Shown here in pieces: positions 10,701 to 23,651 of a DNA stretch of 64,000 bases. The notes under the pieces were generated by a model. That model saw only the letters and a list, made by a program, of their open reading frames with translations. It was not told the origin of the DNA and searched no databases. The translations under genes and the position numbers were made by a program. The stretch is from Balanoglossus misakiensis (lineage: Eukaryota; Animalia; Hemichordata), in contig CM082582.2 in the NCBI GenBank assembly GCA_040954595.2, forward strand, positions 13,676,327 through 13,740,326, given 5' to 3'. Positions within the stretch are counted from its first letter, which is position 1. Each line of letters opens with the position of its first letter.

Positions 10701-13700
10701 ATCCATAAGTAGAATTGATCTTGTGAGATTAGGCCACTTTTGAATTTTACAATCCTGGATCAAAAAATCAAATACACCATTTTTATTTGAAATAGTACTT
10801 ACAGACAAAATAGCTATTTTTGTATTGTAGTCAAAAGAAATTTAAAATTGCTGATTATAAATTCAGCATTGTCAACTTGTTTTTCAGTAAATTTTAAATA
10901 TGTTTCAATTTTCTTTTTTCTCATAAATTATTTTCATTTTTTGATTATAAATGTTTACTTGAGCTTTTATGTTGAAGACGACCACACGAAGTTTGCCATA
11001 ATCGGACTGCTTTCAAACCATATCACAATTTTTTACTTAGAACTATAGTCACTTTGAAAACTTTAGTCTGGTATCTCTCAACAGTGTGGTTTGTCTTATG
11101 TGTACAGGAAATAGGAGGCAAAAGGGTTAAACTGTCTGGGGCTTTGCTTGTATGCATGTACACAGAAAACTTGAAGACAAAAAGCAAAAGCTTTCCTGTA
11201 CAATTCCCTGGAGCTGTGACCTGAATGACCCAACCCTATCATTAGCAGCACACGTTGTATAAATTAATAAACAAACAAATGATTTGCTAGATTTGAGAAC
11301 ATGAAACACAACTCCCAGAGACTGCAGTTTGGGGATGGTTGAAATTCCAACCTAGCCAGGGACTAAATTCATGAGATAAGCTCATAAATTCAGTGCGTTG
11401 TAGTCCCTGGTTTGTGAGTGTCCCTGCCAGCAAGAAATGTTGCGTATTTGGAGCAGATATTTTCAATAATTCTTAGATATTGGTTACTGGGTCATACATA
11501 GTAGAGTGCTTTTTCTGATTTTGCATCTATACCTGTACTGAAACATGTCTTTGTTGAAATTGGATATGGTGGACAACAACAGGCCTGCAGACTGTTTGCG
11601 TGTGCCCAGGGCAAGGAAAAGCTTTTTGTAGAGACTGCTTTATTCTGTCAGCTGTTGCTGTTTTAAATATGAAGATGACAAAACGCGATAGATTTGGTGG
11701 AAATATGTGTCGTCACAAAAAAGATGCCATGCATGGTCTGGTCAGATACAACATGTGTGACATCACAGAGCATTGCATAACGGATTAGGTTACTCAGCAA
11801 ATATAAACTGTTGCACATAATATCAACAGACTCCACAACTTTGAATTGTTTGAATAAGAGATAATGTCCAAATTTTGCTGATTTTGCACAATACTGTGAC
11901 GCACAAATGTAAACTGTGATGCATAAGTGAACACTGTGAAGTGAAGAACCAAACAGCAATCATCAGATCAAACAAGTCTTACAAAATACAATGAAACTTT
12001 AAACCATCACCTCTCCCAAACATTTTCCATTCTCCATTTGCAGGTCTATTAATAGTTCCTTACGTGACATGCAGCTGCTGAAAGTTAATCCTTTCGAAAA
12101 AATATTGTATCACTGATACAACAAAGCAGATGAAACTTAGAGCAATGAACCTAAAAATGTCATGAAGCATTTGTCACTCGTGCCACCTGTTTAAAAAGTT
12201 ATCAAACCGATTTTAGTTTTGAAAGGGAAATGGTAAGGTGAAAAAATATGTTCCTCGGAATTGCCAACTTTTGTTTTATCAATGTGTGTTCGTCACGCCT
12301 AAAATAAAAATTTCAGGCCAAGTCATATTTTAAAATCAGGAGAGTAATAAAGCAAAGTTGTTCCAAGCAACATATTTGCCAGTTAAAGTATGATCTAGAA
12401 GAATAGGATTGTAGTGGTGACCAGCTGTTGACTTGTTTTATGACCCTAAAGCGTATCCTGTATATTAAAATTTGACTTTTTTCCAAGAAAACCAGTAATA
12501 AAATTTCAGCCCACACATCATCGATCATAATTCATTGTTTTTTGAGCAGTATACAAATCATTGTCTACTTCCTGTAATGAAATTGGTCTTCTTGTGAAGC
12601 TCATGTTTCGTTGTAGATATGATATTCTGCTCTTTCAAGTACACATCATTGACATCAAATCATTACAAAAGCCTGTAAATAAATACCTTATTTTTTGATA
12701 CTCTTGTACTGTGCTGTAATCATTGCTCAAAGACAGCTTGTCTCTTTTGTGATCATCAGAGTCCAACATTTGGTGTGCCAAGAATCCTCATATCGATTCT
12801 TCAGTGGTGGAATTTTTCATTGCTCCTAAAATAATTAATGGCAAAGATATAAGGCAAGATAGATAACAGCGACTCACAGGTCGCGATACGTTATGATTTT
12901 GAAAGCAGATCTACTTCAGGTCAACAAATGAAAGGGATGAATGGATGCTGTTAAAGTGTTTCTGAGAGGGAAAGCAGACATGTTGTCCAGACAAGGCTTT
13001 GTGTTTCTACATGTTGATTTAATTTCTATAATACTCACCCGATGATCAGGTTTATTTGGTCTCCGTTCCCAGACAGCCGTTGTAATTCATCCCTTCCCAT
13101 AATTCCCAGACCGGCGTTTTACCGACTGATCATTGTTATGAATGATTTTGATATTAAAACGCCGCCAGACAACCAGAACAAGGATTAACCCCTTTTATGT
13201 GCTGCATGACTCTATCTCCACTGCTATTTTGGCATCATAAATTTTGCAGTCTCCCCTAGTCTTCCTTGCCATTTACCAATCCATTACAACCACAACGGGA
13301 AATGTAAGCAGTCGTTTGCTATTTTCTCATTACAAGTATAGATACAACATGTTAGTCTGGTCTGCTTACTCGACTCTGACATTATCCAATTATTTCATGT
13401 GAAATTGTACTTTGAAGAAAATGATTATTCAGCACCACAAAATTGCAGTGGAATTTCACTGGTTTGATTTTTTTTATGTATGGTACACTGCTGAAGACCC
13501 CCCTTTCCCGCCTTGTGATTTCCTTGTGCAAATAGTGTCTGTTTTATGATTAAGGCACAGAGCTCAGCATAGATTATATAAAAATATTGATTTGATTGGC
13601 ACAAAAAACAAGACAGCACTTTCTTAGGTGACTGTACGTGACTCCACAAAGCGTGTTTCAGATTTTATCATTTACAGATAGAGATAACAGCCAGAGACAA

Positions 13701-14679
13701 ATGACACTCTAAAATTTAAACCCCTAGTAAGAACCAGAGACATTTTTCAATCACTGTATGGCTTACGCTTTTGGAAGCCATCAATCCAAAGGTCAATTCA
13801 GCATTTGGAGGTGAAACTAAATTTTCCCTTGAAATTTTCACATCAATTTTGCTGTTTTCTCTGTTACAAACTTGTCATGCAACATTTGTCATGAAATAGA
13901 TGATAATTTATAAGCACAAACAATGAAAGTTCTTGGGGGAGTGATTGAAATTTCTCTGTTTCTCATTTTAAACAAATTAAATTTTGAAAATGCATTGCAA
14001 AATAATAGCCACTTGAACTCTGAAACAACATGTAACCTAGAATTCTTGTAAGTGCGTCATAAACTCACTGCAATTATCTCAACATTAAAACCATTACTAG
14101 GGCATTGCCTGAGAGTCACAATGGCATACATCTTTTATTGGTGGAAGTCAAACTCAGTGCCTGCAATGTCCAGGGTATTGTCTGCACTCACTAATAACTA
14201 ATATCCAAACAGCTGTTAAATTTGCAGTGAGGTATCTACATTGTATGACTATAACATTCTGCAACATCTGCGAATTTAGTCTAAAGTCTAAATGTCAAAT
14301 TTAGAAGTCCCTAATTTTGCAATAATTTCAAATCTGCATGCAACGGTACTGCATCAAATTTAGTTTGCAGACAGGAATTTGGCGTTGGGAGATTGTTGCT
14401 GGTTTCTCTGACCTGCAGGTATCATCACATGCACTTCAACACGTGCAAGTATTAGTTGCCATGGTGACAGACAGACAGCCAACATTGTCAGTTTTGCATC
14501 TATTGTTCAGCTGTCACTGGTTAGCATGAGAGATGTATATTACCATGGTGATTGACCTGCTTGATCAACGTAAAGATCTGTGCTGTATTCTAGCAAACTG
14601 GTTAAACAGCATCAGGTTTGAATGATTGAAACAACCAGACCATGTACATCCCATGGGAATACTGATTACTGTAGTTCAG

Positions 14680-14727
14680 TGTATTGTATTAATATTGAAT
14701 TGTATTGTATTTTATTGTATAATTGTA
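14680..14727 (+). repeat. Degenerate (TATTG)n pentanucleotide repeat
   Basis: gtattgtattaatattgaattgtattgtatttttattgtataattgta. Confidence 0.6.
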
Positions 14728-15150
14728 CGTGTCTTGGTATTATATTATTCAGTGTTATATCATTTTAGAAATGAATTTCTGACAGAATTTACATCTTGAC
14801 AGCTATGATTTTATTTTTAAATTTTTCTACTGACATATTTTCAATTTCAAATGAATACAGTATCAATGTCTGTTTGAACTCTGTCTGAAAGTTTTATTAC
14901 TATTCACCCCCTGTCCGATGGGGGATTGAACACCTAATCTAGCAATGGTAATCTTGACAAGAAAAACATCCCTTGAAGTGACTGTACTTTTTCAAGTAAG
15001 ATTTTCACAACAGGGACTATCCTAATGAGAAAACTAACTGCTGTAAAATTCATGAAATAACCATAATATGGGAAAGGCTTGTAAGCTGAGCGGCATGCAA
15101 AAAAACCCCACCATTTAGGGGATTACAAGATAATTCAGTCTGTCATCGAC

Positions 15151-15174
15151 CTCTGTCTCTCTCTCTCTCTCTCT
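15151..15174 (+). repeat. (CT)n microsatellite
   Basis: ctctgtctctctctctctctctct. Confidence 0.85.
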
Positions 15175-18100
15175 GAGAAGGCTTAGATTCATCTCCCTCA
15201 TTATGTCTTCATCTTTCTCAATTTGCATCTTTCTCATGTTTGCAATTATATGGTGAGCCAAGGCTGTCAAACCATACTTCATCTCATGAACTAATGAATT
15301 AAGAAATATCATCAATGACTATTTATCGGGCGCTTTGCAAGTTACACACTCATTTTTCTTGCCCACATTGTGTTCACCAATTTATCCTTGTTCATTTGAA
15401 AAACTATAATATAATAAGAAATTATGGTAAACGTAAGACTGAAGGGGATTATGGCATCATCTTGCTTGATACAGATAAGAACATAATGAAGCTTAATAGA
15501 AAATGAAAACTGTCTGGATATCTTCCTCTGAAAAGCGATCATTTCCACATTGCCCTCATTTGACCTTTTGTTTCTGTATACTGACATTCTTCTCGTTGAT
15601 GACTCAGGAACTCTCCAAACACCAATATTTAGACTCAAACATGATCATAATCATTAATTCAGTTCTCTCTACTTTGCCAAAAGAAAAGAAAAAAAAACTT
15701 TTCCATTTAATTTTCACTGTGGAATATTTTTATTCACTGTAGCTGAAGACAGTCTGCCTGGGAGGAAGGAGACATCAATATGAGTGCCCTATCTTGATTA
15801 TAGCCAACAAATAATATGATAATAGCAGCAATTATTCCATAACCCCAGACTACTCCCAAGTTGTAAATCAATTACCTAGATTCAAAAATCACAAGATATT
15901 AACTTAATGAGTCTCTATCCATCCCCGTTTATTTATGTTAATGGCCAGCCAGGGTCTCCACATCAAAATCGGCAGTTAACTGAAATTTTCTTCTGCAAAT
16001 TATCCCATTATTTTCATTGCAGTGTAAACCTGTCTTGGTTTCATGATTTTGGAAGAGCATGCATGAAATTTCAATGAAGCTAAATCTCATAATGTCTGGT
16101 TAAATGTTTGATTGGTGAAAACGGTTTTTGTACTTCTTACAGTACCCTACCTATTTGACTCCACCATATGAAGATTATGCTCATAATCTGAAAGATGTTA
16201 TCTTTTGGCTCATGCATGGAAACAAAATTGATCCATTATTTGGTACAATAACCCATTAGACAAATTGTGTCCTGTAGTAGCATAGTCTTTATTTTCATTT
16301 TTTTTTTTTGAAAGGATAGATCTGAGTGCAGCCTTGTTTGAACAGGAAAGACTCAGTTCAAAAGTTGCAGACAACATAATTTTGCTCACTGACCCAGCAG
16401 CTCTGACCCTGTGTGACATTTGCAGACAATAAAGGGCGTGCTAGGTCATGTGTTCACATGATGTACGTGTCTGTCTGCGACAATCAATACATCTGCCTGG
16501 CCCAATCAGCAGTTAAACAATATATAGGGTTTTTTAATGAAATAATGAAGATGATTTTAATCATTTCAATAATGCTTGTTATTTTGAATGAGGAAGAAAG
16601 TGGACCAATTATTCACATGAAACTTTCTGAGGTCTTCTGCATCTTTAGGGGAGAAATTAATGGAATCAAGAATTATGGTCAGGTGAGATCAATATCATAA
16701 GTGTTGTCTGTGATAAAGTGAGATGCACCATGGGAACGCACAGTAAAAGTTGATGAAAAACAAAACTTTTGACTTAAAATGTTTCAAGCTCAGGAAAGAT
16801 GCATCCATGGTCTTATAAGGCAACGTGACACAATTATTACTTTAAACCTCCCCAAGATCGAAAGATTTACATTAAAAGTCAGGGCGCGCAACACCCTCTA
16901 GTATGCGGACAGTTACTGAAGAAGGTTGTACTGCTCCCCCCCACCAGGAATTTTCCATTCAGCTTCTATATGGTTCAATAGTTTCTTAATTATTCATGAA
17001 CGCCATCTCCCGGAGTGCACAATTCACCACACGATATCATCATACAAGGAATTATCCATACAGGCAGAGGCACCAGAATCAAATGGTTTATTTAAACTGT
17101 TGTATCATCCCCCTGCTATCATAATTTTAGTCTAGTATCTCTCTGTATTTTGTTCGCTGCTTTCAAAAGTTACTTTTGGAAGCAAAGCAGACAAAATACA
17201 GCTAGATACTTTATAGACTATCATAATAATTTAGAATCCAGGTGTGCATTATCCTGGATGTGATCAAATGATCATTTCTGTATTATTTAGCACTGAGCTG
17301 GTAAAATATATGTTGCTTGATGAATTTTTTCACAAAAAGAACCATGTGCATTCGATGATTAACTGAATCTGAATGTGAAATGGACTGTGGAAGTTAATGC
17401 CTCTGGACTCATGTCTTTCATCTAGAACGAAAATTGGGTCTAGCTACCACAAAAGCTCAGCATTATCAACACAAATTATATCAGGCTAAATGAACACTAA
17501 AAAATGACAAATGATGTCTCACAGTAACAAAACATTTATCTGTTAATTCAATGTAACCATCATCTTACGAAGATAAAATTTGACATTCTCATTGATCAGC
17601 CCACACATTGTGACCTATTTCTGTCTATGACCCAGATACACAGATATACTTTCCGAAGGTAGTACTAGGTCACGCTGTCTGTCTACAGGGCCTGCTCAAT
17701 AAAATCATCAAAGTCGGGTCGACATTCTACTTTTTCACTGTCTTAACTTTGAGATTTGCGCCTGCTCCAAAGGTTGTGGGTCAGTTTCTCCTGCCCTGAG
17801 TACATGCTGCTGTTTTACATAGATTGTAAATTTAAAATGTCAACGTCTGCAAATCATTGTTGAGTGCTGTCACATGACCAGGTCACCTGTCTGAAAATTA
17901 AGGAAGTAAATTCAACATAGTCAACTTGAAATTTAAAGTTTTGAACAGAGGAGGAATTTCACAACCATATTCAAATTGATGTCTGCTTCATGTGAAGTGA
18001 AATAATTTAGCTCAGCACTGATACAATTGTAAATTTAAGCTGATCAGGAATTATCAGCATACATGTAACGATTATGGCTTAATGGTTTATCAGTCTCAAT

Positions 18101-21100
18101 TAGTCACAGGGAACTTGCTGTGGGAGGAAATTTTCCACTAAAACTATGAACCGACGTTTTTACAGGTGGTGATACATATTGTTTTGTATGTTTCTGAAAT
18201 GACCTGGTTTCCATGGTTTCTTACATTCACCTGTTGTATATTTGCACGACTGATGTTTATATTGTGTCTGCAGTGGTGGGAGTTAACCCACCCTGCAACA
18301 AAGTAGGTTCTTCAAATTAAAATTCACTTGGCCTCCACCTGTTACAATCACACAGATTACAATATAGTCAATTAGCCCAGATGACCCCTTTGATATAGTT
18401 ACAAGATTTGCTACATGTGTCACTGGTTGCTAAGACAATCATAAAAATGGAAAGTGCTTGTGTTTTTTTCTGTATTTCTGCGAAAAGATTAAACCGGATG
18501 GATTTAATTGTAGAGCAATATGTTACACATACACACATACATATACTGGCTATACTTTCAAAGGGACAGTATTTTGTAACTTAGATATAGCAAAGTTATT
18601 GTTTTTTTGTTAGCAGGACACTTGTACTCATTTGTCAACAATATAACATATTACAAATTATTCCAACTATTAATAATTTTTCAATATTTTAACAAAGTGA
18701 ACTTGGAATTTAGTTGTCCAAATGACATTTTATTAATTTAGGTTTTAAGTAAAAACATATGTGTGTTTGTGTCTATTGTCCAGAGTGATGTGTGTGTGAC
18801 AGCCAACCAGGTTGGAGAAAGTGTGTCATGTGACCACAACAGAGGGAGTATGGGACTGTAGTTTGTCATTCTATATTCTATAAAGCTGCCAACATTTTTA
18901 TTTGACACATAATACACTGTATAATTTTAAATACCATGCTTGTCTGCTTTTTAGTATTTATTTAGTCTACAACAGACAAGCCTCCGCAAGCATGAGGATA
19001 TTTGCATAAAACCATCACAGCACGCTGCCATTACCTTGGGTGTTCCACCTTGTGATTCTCATACCCTGCGTACTTTAGCCTGGCTCAGACAGTGAAGACC
19101 AGAATCTATAATTACATTCAGACAATATTTTTATGTGCTAATAAATTGTCTCTGAAACATCACATTAATACATTAACCATTAATACACATCAGTTTTATA
19201 AGAATGACATATTGTGGCTAATTTACAATATACATGTATTACCACATTTTGTGTTTCAAATCACTAATTTTTTCTCATACTTGCCAGTGTCTAGAACAGA
19301 TTATTACTGTGTTAGGTTTTAACCATGTTGTAATTTGTTTTTGAATGGCTGATTGTATTATGCCATTACATGAAATATTGATAAAATACATGTGGGAATG
19401 ATTTAATTCAACTTATCATGGTCAAATCTGTGAATTTAAAACCTAATGATCAATGCCTCAAATACCTAAATTGTGAAATTTAATCCCAAAGAAAACTATG
19501 TTTTTTTTGTGGTAATGTGGAAATACACGAGGTCAATACTTCACCCCAGCTATCTCCCCCACAATTTTAGGTGGTGGTGTACAGAAACATATACTGATAT
19601 TCATGAGTCTCACCCCCCTCCCCCACCATGTGGCAAATACTTCAGGCATAATGGGAAATACTGTCTGCAATGTCTGGTGTAGAGGGAAATTCTCCGGAAG
19701 TGCCTATCTATGGCACCAGTTCCGGAAGTCCCTGTAAGAATCAAAATTGTCAGGAAATACGAGCGTGGATACAGTCTGTGTGGAAATGGATCCAGACCAC
19801 ATGGCAGTTTGATTACACAAGGTCTAATTCACTGAGTTTTATAAATTAAAGGAATTATCTGCTGATGATATCATACTAAAAACCAAAAATGACAAAATAT
19901 AACATCAAAGAAATAATTGTACCAACTCAAGCCCTTCTTGAAACTGGTGGTCAATTTGCAAATAAACTGCACAGAGACACGGAGTATGAGACATTTCACA
20001 ATCTTGATTCATTTTATTGGTCTAGGGTCTCACATGCCCCTCAGCTAACTATCGTTCTAAAAGACAACCTAGCTGCACTGTACTGGCAGTCATTACATAT
20101 TTCATCATTTTTTTTCCAGGAATTGTTCAGTGTTTGAACCAGCTTTCTTGTTCTACTCCATAAATTATTAACAAAACATCCAGTGCCTGGATCACCCACA
20201 CAGTAACATGTTTTTCTCTTGTTTCATCATGTTCCTCAGAGAACAGACATATTTTTAATTACACAAAGATATTGGTCATTGAAGTTATATACACAGCTAG
20301 GATGACAACATCCACCTGAGGCTGGTACACAGAAAGTCACGCTTGCAACCATCTGGTTGACAAGCTGTGAACTATATTTTCACTGTTATATTCAAACTTT
20401 TAGAAACTGGCCGTGCTTATTAGAGCGCAGAACATAACAAGGCTTAGCTATTGAAACACCTTTACCTTAATGAGGGCATTAAAATGTCTAACAAGGAAAC
20501 ATTCTCAATGAAGTACAATCTGCCTGGCACAGTGCAGACAACAGGTCCAGACAGACAGACTCTGCTTTTCCATATAGTGCATTTTTATTACTCTCAAACA
20601 GTCCATTTTAAAAATAGTTTCCCAAATGGTTGTTTGCTCTACTAGCTGCCACACCCAGTTCAGGTCAGGAAGGTGAATTACCCAATATGCTTTGCAGGAA
20701 AGATTTTCTTGTATACACATTACAGTTTCTATCCTAAAATCAACAAGACATCAAATGTAATTTTGAGTGTGGAATATGTTGCAAACACTGTATCATGGAA
20801 ATTTTCAGAAGCGTATTAACAAATAACTCAAAAGACAGTTTGATATCAAAAGGTCACTTTATTCCACAATGTATTTATGTGCTCTGAGATTTGGTATTGT
20901 AACTTTATGGTTAGAACTATCAAGGTACAATTGTATCAAAAGTTTAATTTTCAAAATGAGCAGGTTTTGTGTGCTGTTGTTAATCTGAATATGAATCTCT
21001 TCTGTTGTGACAAATAATGCCATTGAAGCATCAGAGGAATATGGACGGAATCTAGTAAGATGTAAAAACATAATGTCTCCTTCAAGTTTAAAAAAACACA

Positions 21101-23396
21101 ACTATATTCTATCAATGCACCATTAACTGTATAAGAACACAGCATACAAAACAGCACTTTACATGTTCTATAGAAATCTGACAAATACACATCAGAATGA
21201 TATGCAATACATATTTAACTGTCTCTCGTTCAAATGAAATCCTTGTAAATGTACAAACCCTTTTTGCACCAAGATAACTGAACTTTACTTATTGTTACCA
21301 GTTCTGAGATTTGAATCTTGTAATAAGAAATTGCGGTGAGCTTTCAGGAATATTCAAGCTACAATCTTTATTCAGAAAACAAAAGGCTTCTCACCGTTGA
21401 CTTAAAAGCTACTGTTACAAAATACATTTTCATTTCTCATTACCATTGATGCAAAATAGGACTCAAACTGAAAATTCCAATCTTTTTGGAAAAAAATATC
21501 ACAATTTTTAGATTTTCCTTAAAATGTTGTGGACGGATGGAACTATGCAATAAGCCCTGAGAGCATTTAGTGGATGTATATAATATTACGTGCAAATTGT
21601 GTTATAGAAGTTCCACAGAATTACATAAATTTTAGACATTAAAAGAAGCCACTGTTTTTATTTTTTTATGAATTAGAATGGGTACTTGTTGATTTTATTC
21701 ATGAATGACTATATAAATATGATATTCATGACAAAGATGTTTTGTATGGGAGCACCAAAAAATGTACCTTGCATAAATGTTCTTGCTGCTATATGCACCT
21801 CCAGTCTCATCAAATTACATATACAATTACATGTGGAATAGTATTAACTAGACACTTTTGAACGTTTCTATCTTAATAATACATGAACACAGGCATGAAC
21901 CAATTCTGAATACTTTCTCTGTATTGAATGTTAGGTTCAACCCAGCTATATGTATATGCCTGTCAATTAAGATTTGCTATCTTGATGGAAGAAATGTCAG
22001 CTCTAACTTTTTCTTATCAAAACTTGACTCAAGAGGACCTTGTTGTTTTATTAATCCATGGAAGGTATCACGAGAGTCCAGAATAAAAAAAAACTCTGAA
22101 CCAGTCTACACTGAGTAATATCGCATCCCATTTGTTTGGATTGCACAAAGCACAGGTCTAGGGTCAACTGATTCATGTCAGCTGCAACTTTTTTCCTTTT
22201 AAAACCTGGCATTGGAGATTTGTCATTTTCCTCTTCAGTCACTGAAAGGATTGAATCTGAGTGCCGGGATGCAAAACTTGTCTGCAGTTATCTCATCCTG
22301 TCTGCTTGCAGTACACAAAGTATGAGGGTCAAAATGTCGCCTGATTAAAGCTGTACCCTGCTTGCCATAAACAAACAAAGAGAACTCATTAAGTAGCTCC
22401 CACAAGCTTGTTGAGGTCAAGCTGGGGTCGCGTGCTTAGATCTCCACAACGTACATGTTGAGACTGAGCGTATTGAGCACAGTTTCCAGCCCACACAAAT
22501 AGAATGCGATATTAACCAAATGATGTCTCTTTGCAAAAAAAAAATTCAAAAGTTTTGTTTGTTTCTTCATTTGTCAATACTTTGAGAGCGTCTTAGGTTT
22601 CATCCCCTGGGTTGAAATAATCTCTGTGGCTTTCAATGAATGGAGTAGAGAAAGAATGATCTGAGACAGTTCCTTTAAAAAAAATGTCTGTATCACAGCT
22701 GAGGTATGGGGCCGGATCTATCTTCTCTTTTGTGAAAGTGAGCTGAGGCTAAGGCAATGATCTGAGCATTGCAAGATGTTTAAACACTGAAGTGAAACAC
22801 TGTCATCCTTCAACAGGTGGTGGTGTTGACATACTCGTCAGTAACATAGAAATGTAAAAATAGGGTACAAGTCTGTTATAAGCATTCGTACTCAAATATT
22901 GGTTCCCCTGCTACCTTTGCATCAATGTGTCCACTGGGCCCAACCAGAAGAATAGGCCTTGCCATGACAAGATGGCCAGTCAACCAGATGAGTAAACTAC
23001 GTATAGGCCTCTGCATCACTTGCAAACAACAGTCCCTGTGCAATTTACATGTGCATTGATGAAACCTGTCTAGAAAGGCCAGTTTGATTAAAGTCCCTTG
23101 ACTGGCCACTATAGACAGGTATGACTACTTTTATCTCTAAGATACAATTACAACTATATGTTTTTACCTTGGCTCCCATATGTGCAATCAAATTTTATGA
23201 TATTTTGTTTACCTAGTTTATGAAAGGCCATATTTTTTTTCAAATGCTTCAGTCACTACTGAAATGCTGGTCAGTCTACAGTATGGTCTGAACATTATAT
23301 TGGTCTACAAAACATGGTATGAAAAAAATACTGTTTGAAAGGAGACAGTAAAACCCACAAGTACCCATGTACACTGTATCAAATATTGATATACTA

Positions 23397-23651
23397 TTAA
23401 TCAATGCCTTCAGTTGGCCAATTTAGCTGTCTAACAAGGCCACCCTTTGGTTTTGCATAACGTCCATATTTTTCCAGCCTGCAGTCATATTTTGTGGACC
23501 TCCAACCAACAAATCCTGCAGTAGTTTCAGGTACAGGAGGTGATCTGCCAACTTGGATGTATCTTGATATTGGTGTGATCGGAGGAAGTGTTAATGGTGG
23601 TGGCAGGATCAGCTTCTCCCGTTCAACCTTTGGAAAGTCATCTTTCACCAG
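23397..23651 (-). CDS. CIMIP1: CIMIP1 exon 3 (last coding)
   Basis: Acceptor TTTCTTTCAG; equals ORF 23397..23672 minus its first 7 intronic codons; ends at TAA. Confidence 0.92.
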   Translation of the reverse strand: MVKDDFPKVEREKLILPPPLTLPPITPISRYIQVGRSPPVPETTAGFVGWRSTKYDCRLEKYGRYAKPKGGLVRQLNWPTEGID

